From a virus, in the IMG/VR virus record IMGVR_UViG_3300035670_000149, positions 8,628 to 72,627 of that record: DNA of 64,000 nt; one strand, written 5' to 3'. Shown here in pieces: positions 9,352 through 18,800 of the stretch. Position 1 is the stretch's first letter. Each line of letters starts with the position of its first letter. Under the pieces are notes generated by a model. It made no database searches. It was given only the letters and a program-made list of their open reading frames with translations, and was not told where the DNA came from. The position numbers and the translations under genes were made by a program.

Positions 9352-10050
9352 TCAAACCAAATAAGGACCAGATGGTTGTGGTGGATAAAAATCCCTTGCA
9401 GAAATCATTGATCGAGTATAAGGTGATACATCACCAATAATTTCTGGCAAATCTCTAAGTTGTTGTCTATACTGCTTAATTTCAGTAGTGAGTAATTTTC
9501 CAGTTTCAGTTGCCTGAATAACAAGATAATCTGTATTTTTTAGAAGAAGATCTCTTGTTCCTCTCAAAATGTTCCATTTTTCAGTATTCAATTCTTCATC
9601 AGTAAATCTTGTTATTTCATATACTTTAGTGATGGTTAACTTCTTATGATCAAGAATCCATTGATCATCTGGTTTTGTTGCCTTGATTTTAATAGTATCT
9701 TCATCACCAACATCTGGTTCAACTACTTTATAAGTTTTCCAAGTAATTGAAATTGTTTTATCATCATCACTAATTGCCCACTCTTTAATAGGATTTTTGA
9801 TATAAAATTCTTTATCATTTGCTGTTGGCACATCATTAGCATTGGTGATTCTTCTCCAACTCTCATTATAATACAAATAGTCATCATCAACAAATGCACC
9901 GTTGTCATAAATCCAACGAGGATGCATTCTTTCTGTATTATAATTAGTTACATATTTTTGTCTTTCTTGACTCTGATTCCATTCATCAGTTAGTTCTGGA
10001 AGAACATCAGGAAACCAATACTTTTTGTCTGTTTCTTCTACCCAACTCAT
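9352..10050 (-). CDS. Tail fibre assembly chaperone-like protein
   Basis: C-terminal WNILRGTRDLLLKNTD...YRQQLRDLP...YPPQP signature. Confidence 0.75.
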   Translation of the reverse strand: MSWVEETDKKYWFPDVLPELTDEWNQSQERQKYVTNYNTERMHPRWIYDNGAFVDDDYLYYNESWRRITNANDVPTANDKEFYIKNPIKEWAISDDDKTISITWKTYKVVEPDVGDEDTIKIKATKPDDQWILDHKKLTITKVYEITRFTDEELNTEKWNILRGTRDLLLKNTDYLVIQATETGKLLTTEIKQYRQQLRDLPEIIGDVSPYTRSMISARDFYPPQPSGPYLV

Positions 10051-10061
10051 TGTTTTTATCC

Positions 10062-11285
10062 TTAGTAGATGTAGTATATATCTCCGTCAGATCCACCAGT
10101 AGGAGATCCTCCAGATTGTACAGTTCTATTTCCTATCGCATTTTTCCCAATAGCAGCACCAATTGATCCAACAGTCATAATACCAGCGATTGACAAATGA
10201 GTACCACTAATTGTGACTCCAGTTCCGACCTGAATCTGAGAAGAACCGCCTCTCATTGTAATTGCACTTCCAACCTGAACAACATCACTATTACCATTCA
10301 AAGTTATTGAACTTCTGCCAATGGTCAGAATTCCAATAACTCTAGCATTTCCATCAACCAATAACGCAGTTGTACCAATACCAATGGTTACCGTACCCAT
10401 ACCTGCTGAGGTATTGAAAGTAGATACCCCAGACACCGTAATCGTATTTGAAGTTACGCTTGCTAGTGTTGAAAATCCAGTAACTCTGAAGTGTGTTGAA
10501 TTGGACTGAGTAAAAGTTGTAATACCAGATACATTTAGATTTCCACTCAATGTAGACATACCAGAAACTACAAGAGTGCTGGTACTTACATTATCAGTAG
10601 CAGCAATTCCAGTAAGTGCAGATCCATCTCCACTGAAAGAATTTGCTGTGATGATACCAGTAACATTTAGATTTGTTCCAGTTACTCCTACACCAAGAAA
10701 TCCGCTAACAGATGTGGAAACTCCGGCAGTTGATGCATATGTTGCAATGCCTGCACTAACCGCGACAGAAGCAATGCCCGCACGAACTGCTTCAGTTGCA
10801 ATACCTGCTCTAGTCGCTTCGGTGGACATTCCAGCACGAACTGCTTCAGTTGCAATACCTGCTCTAGTCGCTTCGGTGGACATTCCAGCACGAACTGCTT
10901 CAGTTGCAATACCAGCTTTAATGGTAGATTGAACAGTGGCATTTAATAATCCACCAACTGAGAGATCACCAGAGACTTGGAAATTTCCTCTTACGACTTG
11001 ATCACCATCGCCATTCAGAACATCAGCAACTACAAAATTTTCATGTATGACAAACTCAATAACATCATTTTGATTTGCTGGAGTAATTAGAGTTATTGTT
11101 GCCCCATCTAATGCAACAAAATCTCTTTGTCCAACTAACTTCACACCATTACGATATACATCAATGGCATTGATATTATAACCACCACTAGGCAAAAAAT
11201 CTACCTGTCCAGCAGTGGCTAACACTGATAATCTTATATTATTTTGGGTTCCAGTAAAACTAGATTGTTGTCCTAGGTATCCCAT
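10062..11285 (-). CDS. Tail fibre-like virion protein
   Basis: N-terminal DVYRNGVKL module, TANSFSGDGSALTGI motif and C-terminal PTGGSDGDIYY. Confidence 0.75.
   Translation of the reverse strand: MGYLGQQSSFTGTQNNIRLSVLATAGQVDFLPSGGYNINAIDVYRNGVKLVGQRDFVALDGATITLITPANQNDVIEFVIHENFVVADVLNGDGDQVVRGNFQVSGDLSVGGLLNATVQSTIKAGIATEAVRAGMSTEATRAGIATEAVRAGMSTEATRAGIATEAVRAGIASVAVSAGIATYASTAGVSTSVSGFLGVGVTGTNLNVTGIITANSFSGDGSALTGIAATDNVSTSTLVVSGMSTLSGNLNVSGITTFTQSNSTHFRVTGFSTLASVTSNTITVSGVSTFNTSAGMGTVTIGIGTTALLVDGNARVIGILTIGRSSITLNGNSDVVQVGSAITMRGGSSQIQVGTGVTISGTHLSIAGIMTVGSIGAAIGKNAIGNRTVQSGGSPTGGSDGDIYYIY
10780..10913. repeat. Perfect 54-bp tandem repeat, about 2.5 copies (18 aa, AGIATEAVRAGMSTEATR)
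   Basis: Units start at 10780, 10834 and 10888. Confidence 0.95.
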
Positions 11286-11300
11286 GTTATCGTTTTTTAG

Positions 11301-11630
11301 TTATTTATCATCTCCAACATCAAAAGAAATCACATCAGATCCTTCAAGACCACAAAAAGGAACTGTATCAGCAGCAAAAATCATATCTTCACCATAAGAA
11401 CTCAAATAATTTGGAAATTCAAAAATACCAGTTGCATTATCAGTTTCGGGAAACTCAATGACTTTATCTTCAAGATCTAGATTATCAATATAATCCATAA
11501 TATCTGAGATCATTCTCCATTTTGCTTCAGTTTCATACTGTTCATGGTCTCCGAGATTGAATTGCCCCAGATTTGCATGAAAATTGTAATGAGTTTGAAG
11601 ATAGGACTTAAGTTTTTCGTATTTAGACAT
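11301..11630 (-). CDS. Hypothetical acidic protein
   Basis: 109-aa ORF in operon order. Confidence 0.6.
   Translation of the reverse strand: MSKYEKLKSYLQTHYNFHANLGQFNLGDHEQYETEAKWRMISDIMDYIDNLDLEDKVIEFPETDNATGIFEFPNYLSSYGEDMIFAADTVPFCGLEGSDVISFDVGDDK
11302..11308 (-). promoter_or_regulatory. T4-type late promoter (ATAAATA)
   Basis: GATAAATAACT upstream of the fibre gene 10062-11285. Confidence 0.75.
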
Positions 11631-11632
11631 AA

Positions 11633-12316
11633 TTACCTCGCAGCATCTTTTGCACAGTGAGCACGTTGTCCATCAGCAAGAACATAATGGAAGAAAATTT
11701 GATGATAGTACGTATCATCATTTCTCCTCTTCCATCTACCTATTATATTGCCTTTATGTCTAGATGGCAAGGGATCTCTCCAGTGTGGTCGTTCACACCC
11801 TTTGTACAACAAACCATCTCCTGGTTCCAAACAAAGGGATCTCTCTTCTCCACCAACAGTTTTGATTTTGAATGGCCAGCATTCTTCTAAATTAGTGCTA
11901 ACATGAACACTTACAGAAATTTCGCAAGCATCACGATCGGCATGTCTTTTTAGTTCTTGCCCAGCAAAATAAAATCTATCATAGTAATACGTATTATACA
12001 ACTTACGTCCAATTATTTCCTCTAATTTCAAACGAATACCAGAATGAACTTCTCTGTATTGGGGATGAGTATAAGTTGCAATAGAACCTTCTACCTGTTC
12101 TTCTAATGGAATATGCTGATATTGATCTAAATTTTTTCCCCAGAAGTTTATTTGCCCTCTGATCTCAGGAACTGACCTATGCAAATCAATAGAATTCCAA
12201 AGATTTTTAATAACTAAGTATCCATCATTTTCAAATTGATCATTTCGAGTCCACGCAGTTCCTGTGTTTTGTCGTTCTTGCCATAGCAATTGCTCTTCTG
12301 TCATTTTTTCTGCCAT
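11633..12316 (-). CDS. 2OG-Fe(II) oxygenase
   Basis: LKRHADRDACEISVS, GDGLLYKGCERPHWR and QIFFHYV. Confidence 0.8.
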   Translation of the reverse strand: MAEKMTEEQLLWQERQNTGTAWTRNDQFENDGYLVIKNLWNSIDLHRSVPEIRGQINFWGKNLDQYQHIPLEEQVEGSIATYTHPQYREVHSGIRLKLEEIIGRKLYNTYYYDRFYFAGQELKRHADRDACEISVSVHVSTNLEECWPFKIKTVGGEERSLCLEPGDGLLYKGCERPHWRDPLPSRHKGNIIGRWKRRNDDTYYHQIFFHYVLADGQRAHCAKDAAR

Positions 12317-12324
12317 AATTTACC

Positions 12325-12945
12325 TCACTTCCAGCGGGGTCCAACCGTCCATCCAACAAGGGATTTGCGGGTTCCTTTTGTAACTTTTAGAACTCTATGT
12401 TGTGTGCGAGAATCAAATAGAATTACAGTGCCACGCTTACGGGGAGCAATATAACTATTCCCTGCTTCATCAAGCAGTTGTAAGTTTCCACCTTCATAAT
12501 CATCAGGGTCACTCAACTGAACTACAAATGAAAGTTTACGAACCATTTCAATTTTTTCATTAAAATAATCCTGTGCCAAACCTTCAGCACGATTTCCAAC
12601 TGCTACTGGTTTGTATTGAGTCGAAAGTCCTGCGTCATTATGCCAACCATAGAACTGTCCCTCAGTATATTTTGTAAACTGCATTGATTCTCCATCAATA
12701 CAGTGAAGGTCATAAAGGAAGTTCTCACGATTTGCTCTTTGAATATAATGCCACACAAATCCACCAACCCAATGAGTGGTAGGAATCCAGGCGTTTTGTG
12801 AGTTTCTTTTTTCTTTATTGAGAGCATCTCCATGAAGTTTGGAGTCTGCCATTTGCTCATCAAACTTTTCTGTAAGATCTCGTTCGATGATGTGTACAAC
12901 ATCATCTGGTAGATCACTAAAATACCAAACTGATTGAAATGCCAT
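12325..12945 (-). CDS. 2OG-Fe(II) oxygenase (PKHD/PiuC-type hydroxylase)
   Basis: YGWHND, RKLSFVVQLSDPDDYEGG and HRVLKVTKGTRKSLVGW. Confidence 0.88.
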   Translation of the reverse strand: MAFQSVWYFSDLPDDVVHIIERDLTEKFDEQMADSKLHGDALNKEKRNSQNAWIPTTHWVGGFVWHYIQRANRENFLYDLHCIDGESMQFTKYTEGQFYGWHNDAGLSTQYKPVAVGNRAEGLAQDYFNEKIEMVRKLSFVVQLSDPDDYEGGNLQLLDEAGNSYIAPRKRGTVILFDSRTQHRVLKVTKGTRKSLVGWTVGPRWK

Positions 12946-12960
12946 ATGTAAAAAGTTAAA

Positions 12961-13686
12961 TTAAGTTTGCTTCCACAGTGAAGAAAATGGGCACTTACCG
13001 TTTTCAGATCTTTTGGTTCTTTCTTTGATCAGATTCCATGAATGAAAAGGGTGCCATTTTTTTAGTTCATTATTTTGAATGACTTTTTTTGATATTTCCT
13101 CTGACACCTCTTTTTTGACCAACTTTATCATTATATCATGTTGATTCTTTTTTGTAAATCTAACATTGCATAATGGCGATCCTCTGTCAAGAAATATTTC
13201 TTCATCTTTCTTTTTTAGAAGAACTCCAATATTTATTGGTCTCTCCCAACAAGATACTGGAAAAGTTCCAGATATTAAATCCAACCCTTTAGAAGTTAAT
13301 GATGAATGGGGAATTTGCTCAATCCAAAGATCTTCTTCTTCAGTCCAAAACAAAAAGGATAAAAGCATTTGAAATTCTGGAAATTCCCCATTATTCCAAT
13401 CTGAATGAATTTGAAAATAACGATCAAAATTACTCTGCGAATTAAAATCTGCATTCAAAAAATTAGAATTTGAATTGTACTTTATTTTCAGAGGAAATTG
13501 TTGATATAATGTAAAGGTATTTTTGTAATATTCTTTCCAACCAGGACATTTAGAATGTTGATATCTAGAATCATAATCTGAAGTATACTTTTGAGGTGAA
13601 ATAAAATAATCTTCAGGAAGACAATTTCTATTTTCTGGATCAAAGGATCCAATAGAATAATCATAAAATACTTTTACAGTTTTCAT
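12961..13686 (-). CDS. Hypothetical protein
   Basis: 241 aa with KCP motifs at both ends, translationally coupled to the upstream gene. No family confidently recognised. Confidence 0.6.
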   Translation of the reverse strand: MKTVKVFYDYSIGSFDPENRNCLPEDYFISPQKYTSDYDSRYQHSKCPGWKEYYKNTFTLYQQFPLKIKYNSNSNFLNADFNSQSNFDRYFQIHSDWNNGEFPEFQMLLSFLFWTEEEDLWIEQIPHSSLTSKGLDLISGTFPVSCWERPINIGVLLKKKDEEIFLDRGSPLCNVRFTKKNQHDIMIKLVKKEVSEEISKKVIQNNELKKWHPFHSWNLIKERTKRSENGKCPFSSLWKQT

Positions 13687-14651
13687 AATTTTTGAAAAAA
13701 ATCAAATACTTTTTTTGGTGGTTCTACTTCAAACTTTTTGATTTTATTGGAAAGAGATTGATATGCACCATCATTCAAAATAAGATCTTCATTGATGACA
13801 AAATCGATAGATTCTACTCTTTCGTGCAGTAATCTCAATTTTTTATAAAGATTACTGGGAGTTTCTAATAAATCTAAAGAAAGAAACTGATATGTGAGAA
13901 ATTTTTTTTCATCCGTTAGTAAGTCATCTGAAAAAATTTCTTCCAAATATTTCATACCTTGATTCCATTCTTCTCCTTTATCACTTGGAGCATAATGTTT
14001 ATGAACATCTTGTTCTATTAGGTTACTTACTTTTTTATGAATATTTCCCTCATCATAAAATTTTACTTTAGACCCACAAAAACCAGCATACACAACTGTG
14101 CTGCAAAATATTGGAAAATATAAAGTTTTTGCTTTTTTTATGAGTCTTATTAGTTGATCCCCCCAGGAATCGTCATGTTGTCTGTGAGATATTTTATAAA
14201 GATTTTTTGGTATTGCTGATTTCCAAAAGTCTATATCTGATGGGAAAGAGATGTAATATGTTTTATCATCAAGAGAAAGATTGCCTAAGGATGTTATTAT
14301 ATCATGCTTTTTCTCTTCTGCCAACTCGGTGCTCCAATCTGATCGTGGCAAAAACACAATATCAACTTTTTCTTCCTCTTTGTAAGAAACTTTATTAAGT
14401 TCAAGACCATAGCAAAATGGACTTACACCAAATATCGCATCGTCTGGTATTTTTTTTATTACTTGGTTTCCCCAAAAATATTTGGGAGGATTATACATGA
14501 TATAATCATAATCCCAATTTTGAAAAAAATTTTCTTTTGCTATCCCAGGAGTAATTTCATATTTTAAGGAATGTGTTACACCAGTCCAATTATCCAAATA
14601 TAATTTCTGACCGTACGCTGGATGATTGGTAATAAAATTTTGCTTTTTCAT
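13683..14651 (-). CDS. Hypothetical protein, possible GT-B glycosyltransferase; paralog of 2342-3340
   Basis: GVSPFCY, FLPRSD, YFPIFCSTVVYAGFCGSKV and ETPSNL blocks shared with ORF 2342. Confidence 0.5.
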   Translation of the reverse strand: MKKQNFITNHPAYGQKLYLDNWTGVTHSLKYEITPGIAKENFFQNWDYDYIMYNPPKYFWGNQVIKKIPDDAIFGVSPFCYGLELNKVSYKEEEKVDIVFLPRSDWSTELAEEKKHDIITSLGNLSLDDKTYYISFPSDIDFWKSAIPKNLYKISHRQHDDSWGDQLIRLIKKAKTLYFPIFCSTVVYAGFCGSKVKFYDEGNIHKKVSNLIEQDVHKHYAPSDKGEEWNQGMKYLEEIFSDDLLTDEKKFLTYQFLSLDLLETPSNLYKKLRLLHERVESIDFVINEDLILNDGAYQSLSNKIKKFEVEPPKKVFDFFQKL

Positions 14652-14666
14652 AACAAAAATAGTAGT

Positions 14667-15143
14667 TTAACCGTTGTCTGCCTCTGCTTCTTCTTGGGTT
14701 CTAGTTGGTGCTATGTAATATTCAGATTCAGGATCAGTGTCACCTGTTGGAACCATAGATTCTCTATATACAACCCACGAAGTAGTTTCTTCATCCCATT
14801 CATATAATTTATACGTGGTTTGTATTCCTATTGGTCCACCAAGAACCACAAAAACTTCTTGTGGTTTTTGAACGGGAGGTTCCCATTCGATTTTATCTCT
14901 ATTCAGAACCCAACTTGGATATGGAGAATCAGGAATAAACTGATTCAGTTCACTATCATAAGTTATACCAATTCCACATGGTCCAGGCATATCATCATCT
15001 CTGTAATTAGTATATTCAATCCAACTTGAAGGATCTCCAGACTTTCCAGAAAGTATCCAAGACTCAGTAGCAACTGTGATCTCAACAACCTTTTTGGTTT
15101 TTGGATCAATTTTTGCCCAATTTTTAGGTTTTTCCTGTGTCAT
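14667..15143 (-). CDS. Fibre-associated hypothetical protein (possible assembly factor)
   Basis: GIGITYD...FIPDSPYPSWVLN...WEPPV...YEWDE pattern, typical of genes following Gly-rich phage proteins. Confidence 0.55.
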   Translation of the reverse strand: MTQEKPKNWAKIDPKTKKVVEITVATESWILSGKSGDPSSWIEYTNYRDDDMPGPCGIGITYDSELNQFIPDSPYPSWVLNRDKIEWEPPVQKPQEVFVVLGGPIGIQTTYKLYEWDEETTSWVVYRESMVPTGDTDPESEYYIAPTRTQEEAEADNG

Positions 15144-15147
15144 TTTA

Positions 15148-16194
15148 TCAAAGTTTTGTAATATTCGTTTTCACGACAAACCATGCAGCACCATTACTAC
15201 CTGAGGTATATGATGATCCATTCCCCGGAGTTCCTCCACCACCTGCGGCATAACTACTGGCGGCCGCGCTGGCAGCACCACCACCAGATCCTCCCGGGGT
15301 TCCAGATGGAGAGGCGGCACCAGGAACAAAAGTGCCATAACAATAACCATCAGGTCTTTGAGTTCCTTGACAGTAAGAAGGACCAGGGGTCCCGCCACCG
15401 CCGGCACCACCACCTCCGATTGCTTCAGGAGTCGGTAGCGTAATAGTAAATCCCGAACCTCCTGCGCCACCACTACCATTGGCATTCATTCCACCGCCGC
15501 CTCCTCCAGTACAACCAACCGGGGTTGCGTTAGATGTTCCTCCACCAGATCCTCCTTGCGATCCTGGTCCAGGAGATGCATTAAATCCAGCTCCTCCACC
15601 ACATCCACCAGGTTGACCATTGCCTCCATTAGTACCACCTCTACCACCACCAGTAGCAGTTCTTCCAAAAAAGGATGTATTGCCACCATTTGCACCAGAA
15701 CCGCCGCCGCCACCAATGGTTAGTGTTTGAGAATATGAACTAACAAAACCCACAAAACCACCGCTAGCATTTTTAGAAATTGGTGAGATTGTATTATTTG
15801 ATTTTATAAAGGAAAATTGTGGAGCAGTTAGATCACTATTTCGCGTGGGAGCTGGTGTTATTGGACCATTTCCAACAAATCCTCCAGCTCCTCCTCCACC
15901 ATGAGCACCGGACCCACCTCCTGCGCTAATAAAATATTCAATAGAATTGGATCTAGAACTAACTCTAGTAGAATTACCAATTACATCGTCTGCATGTCTT
16001 GAGACATATCCAGTTCCATTGGAAACTTTCCAATTTACAGTAGTATTAGACGTTGCCTTAAAATATGAATTGCCACCAGAAGACCCCAAAGAAGATGAAG
16101 GGGAGTCAATTCTAAAATCAAACACTCCACCAGTTTCAAATCTTCCACTCAATCTATTCTGAGATCTGAGTCTTCTATATTTTTTATTTGACAT
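15148..16194 (-). CDS. Glycine-rich putative adhesin/virion protein
   Basis: AGGGSG..GGGGAGG, TIGGGG, ATGGGRGG and GGGGAGGG blocks. Confidence 0.65.
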   Translation of the reverse strand: MSNKKYRRLRSQNRLSGRFETGGVFDFRIDSPSSSLGSSGGNSYFKATSNTTVNWKVSNGTGYVSRHADDVIGNSTRVSSRSNSIEYFISAGGGSGAHGGGGAGGFVGNGPITPAPTRNSDLTAPQFSFIKSNNTISPISKNASGGFVGFVSSYSQTLTIGGGGGSGANGGNTSFFGRTATGGGRGGTNGGNGQPGGCGGGAGFNASPGPGSQGGSGGGTSNATPVGCTGGGGGGMNANGSGGAGGSGFTITLPTPEAIGGGGAGGGGTPGPSYCQGTQRPDGYCYGTFVPGAASPSGTPGGSGGGAASAAASSYAAGGGGTPGNGSSYTSGSNGAAWFVVKTNITKL

Positions 16195-16222
16195 TTTAGA
16201 TACCAGTCTAAACTAAAATTAG

Positions 16223-16603
16223 TCAGTCTTCAATAGATTCGTAAGAAGCAACTACATCAATAACGTTAGAAGCAGTAACAGATTGCACAACTAACGATTG
16301 ATCTTCTGTAATATAAACGCCAGATGCTCTATCGAGAACAACAAGAGAAGTTCCAGTATCGATACCTACATTTTTCTGAATATAACGTGTTGTCCCACCC
16401 CCCGCAGCTTTATCATTCATACCAACATGAACATAGTTAGTTCCTGAATTAGCGGTGTTTGCTACGATTAAACTAGTAACTTTATAAGATGCACCGCTTG
16501 AACCGGGATTGCTTATAATACTTGTTTGGTTAGTATTTGATAATGTAGTAAAAGTAGTTACTCCTACCAGAGTTGTAATTCCAACAATATTTGGTGCAGC
16601 CAT
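16223..16603 (-). CDS. Small virion structural protein
   Basis: MAAPNIVGITT... beta-rich cyanophage protein. Its C-terminal half resembles that of 18219-18770. Confidence 0.6.
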   Translation of the reverse strand: MAAPNIVGITTLVGVTTFTTLSNTNQTSIISNPGSSGASYKVTSLIVANTANSGTNYVHVGMNDKAAGGGTTRYIQKNVGIDTGTSLVVLDRASGVYITEDQSLVVQSVTASNVIDVVASYESIED

Positions 16604-16638
16604 GATTTTTAAAGAGAATTAGTTGTAGAGTCTTTGGT

Positions 16639-16646
16639 TATTTATA
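16639..16646 (-). promoter_or_regulatory. T4-type late promoter TATAAATA
   Basis: Exact TATAAATA upstream of 16223-16603. Confidence 0.8.
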
Positions 16647-16647
16647 T

Positions 16648-16896
16648 CTATGCTCGGTAATAATTTCCAAAGAGCATACCCCAAGCAATATTTGCTGATA
16701 TTGATGTTGCAGATCCTCCAATTCCTGTCAGATTAGAACCATCACCACTAAATTGAGTTGCTGTGATAATGCCACTGACATTGATATTGCCATTTACAGT
16801 TAGCTGTTGCCCACTTGGTATGATAGCTCCTTTTTCAAAGATTACCGCACCATCATTATTAGAATTTACTAACGTATCTACTTTGATTACAGACAT
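16648..16896 (-). CDS. Mini fibre-module protein, paralog 3
   Basis: GAIIPSGQ and GIITATQFSGDGSNLTGI. Confidence 0.7.
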   Translation of the reverse strand: MSVIKVDTLVNSNNDGAVIFEKGAIIPSGQQLTVNGNINVSGIITATQFSGDGSNLTGIGGSATSISANIAWGMLFGNYYRA

Positions 16897-16897
16897 T

Positions 16898-17122
16898 TTA
16901 AACCCTCACCAAAACGCGAGCTAGACTTGCAGACTGTAGCACAACAGGTATATTAGTTATACCTGCTCCAGATCCAACAAATGATGTTGCAGTTATAATT
17001 CCTGAAATTGAAAGATCTCCATCTGCAGAAAGAGTTTGTCCAGATGGAATAGTTGCTCCCAAAGAAACAATTACTGGACCACCAGTTTTTGATTGTATAG
17101 AGTCAACTTGAATTTGTGACAT
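16898..17122 (-). CDS. Mini fibre-module protein, paralog 2
   Basis: GATIPSGQ and GIITATSFVGSGAGITNI. Confidence 0.7.
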   Translation of the reverse strand: MSQIQVDSIQSKTGGPVIVSLGATIPSGQTLSADGDLSISGIITATSFVGSGAGITNIPVVLQSASLARVLVRV

Positions 17123-17125
17123 TTT

Positions 17126-17356
17126 TTAAACACTCCCTGTTACAAATGGTAGTCCAATTGCAATAGATCTTGGTATGCCCAAAATTCCAGTAAGTGCAGA
17201 TCCATCTCCATGAAATTCTGTAGCAGTACAAAAACCTACATTTGCATTTAGAGATCCGTCGATTCTTTGTCCCAATGGAATTGTTAATCCACTAGAAAGT
17301 TCAATAGGACCATCATTGGCAAAATTAACAATACCGTTTACTTTTAGTTGTGACAT
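17126..17356 (-). CDS. Mini fibre-module protein, paralog 1
   Basis: GLTIPLGQ and TATEFHGDGSALTGI. Confidence 0.7.
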   Translation of the reverse strand: MSQLKVNGIVNFANDGPIELSSGLTIPLGQRIDGSLNANVGFCTATEFHGDGSALTGILGIPRSIAIGLPFVTGSV

Positions 17357-17361
17357 AATTT

Positions 17362-17601
17362 TCAGATAACAGTAAAGGTAACTCCAGCACTAACATTAAT
17401 TGTTCCAATTCCTGATACAGCAACTGGACCAACCATCATATAATTGTAATTACTGTTAGCAAGAGACACAGGAGAAGTGACTAACTTTATGTTGGAAAAT
17501 GCAACAGCGGATACAATACCAACATTAAGTTCATCATTAAGAGACACTTCTTGAAGTTGTCCAGCACTATCATTGTAAATAATAGGATTTCTTTGTGCCA
17601 T
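17362..17601 (-). CDS. Small virion structural protein
   Basis: 79 aa, beta-rich, preceded by ATAAATA at about 17621-17627. Confidence 0.6.
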   Translation of the reverse strand: MAQRNPIIYNDSAGQLQEVSLNDELNVGIVSAVAFSNIKLVTSPVSLANSNYNYMMVGPVAVSGIGTINVSAGVTFTVI

Positions 17602-17629
17602 AACTCTGACTATTTGACTTTATTTATTA

Positions 17630-18217
17630 TTAGAGGATAACTGTTCCAATCCCACCACCGCGAAGTGTGATAGGTAAAGTAATAGTCACAACAGCAGTTT
17701 TAGCACCACCAACATCACCAGTTCCAAGAGCAGTAACAGCAGCTCCAATAAAATTGAAATGTGTAAATCCAGTTCCAGTTAGAGTGCTAAAGCTATTTGA
17801 TGAAACACCAATAGCTCCTCCACCAGAAATGGAAATATCAACAGTACTTCCATTGACAGCAAAAGTATTGCCAGCACCAATAAAATTGAGTGTAGTGACA
17901 CTATCTGCTTTGATTGTGGTTCCAGCAGATGCAACTCCAACTGGTCCTAATGTCAAATTGAATGCCTTATAGGCAACCATTTCAAGTATATCGCCAGCAA
18001 CGGCATTTGAAATGACGTTTACCGTTCTACCATCTGCCGCAGAATAATCTTGAGCATCAACTAATTTGATACCATTCAAAAATACATCCAAATAACCTGG
18101 CGTATATCCAGAATTAAATGTTATGATTCCAACTGGACCTGTGGCAGTATGAATTTGCCTGGCAACAACTACCGGAGTTGAATCTGGTTGATTGCCGACG
18201 TATCCAAATTTTGCCAT
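17630..18217 (-). CDS. Virion structural protein
   Basis: GYTPGYLDVFLNGIKLV module shared with the N-terminus of 10062-11285; TLNFIGAGNT repeats. Confidence 0.7.
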   Translation of the reverse strand: MAKFGYVGNQPDSTPVVVARQIHTATGPVGIITFNSGYTPGYLDVFLNGIKLVDAQDYSAADGRTVNVISNAVAGDILEMVAYKAFNLTLGPVGVASAGTTIKADSVTTLNFIGAGNTFAVNGSTVDISISGGGAIGVSSNSFSTLTGTGFTHFNFIGAAVTALGTGDVGGAKTAVVTITLPITLRGGGIGTVIL

Positions 18218-18218
18218 A

Positions 18219-18770
18219 TCAAGTTACTCCTCTGAGGAAACTGAAACTTACATCAACTGCTTCATTTCCATTTACCGCAACTGATAATGTACTTCCAACA
18301 CCAACCACGACTTTTCCAGCATCAGAAATAACAAGTGAAGATCCTTCTGGAATTGGAACGTTATGAACAATATTCACGTGCTCATTGTTTGCTTGAGAGA
18401 GAATCAATGATGCTCTCAGTTGACTATCGGTATTGTTTGCAAAAGTTCCAGCAACAACGATTGTTTTTTCTGTTGGAGTATCAATGGCAGTGACACTATT
18501 AAATCCAACAGTTTGAGTCGTAGCAGCAGAAACGTTACTTGATGTAGAATCAACTGTCACAATTCCACCTGTTCCAAAGTTAGAAGCAGTGTTGATAGTT
18601 GTGACTCGTGTACCACCAATAAAAAATGGATTATCTACAAGAGCACCAACAGCCACATTATATGTGGAAATATTGGTGATTCTATCGGTTGCAACTCCAA
18701 TAGATGCTGTGTAGACCGTTGTGGTCACACCTACTCTTCTTACAGATTTGTTTGCAAATGACTCTGCCAT
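18219..18770 (-). CDS. Virion structural protein
   Basis: Beta-rich, with NVPIPEGSSLVISDAGK, within the structural cluster. Confidence 0.6.
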   Translation of the reverse strand: MAESFANKSVRRVGVTTTVYTASIGVATDRITNISTYNVAVGALVDNPFFIGGTRVTTINTASNFGTGGIVTVDSTSSNVSAATTQTVGFNSVTAIDTPTEKTIVVAGTFANNTDSQLRASLILSQANNEHVNIVHNVPIPEGSSLVISDAGKVVVGVGSTLSVAVNGNEAVDVSFSFLRGVT

Positions 18771-18800
18771 TTTTTTAGATCCTTTTTATTAGTTATAATA

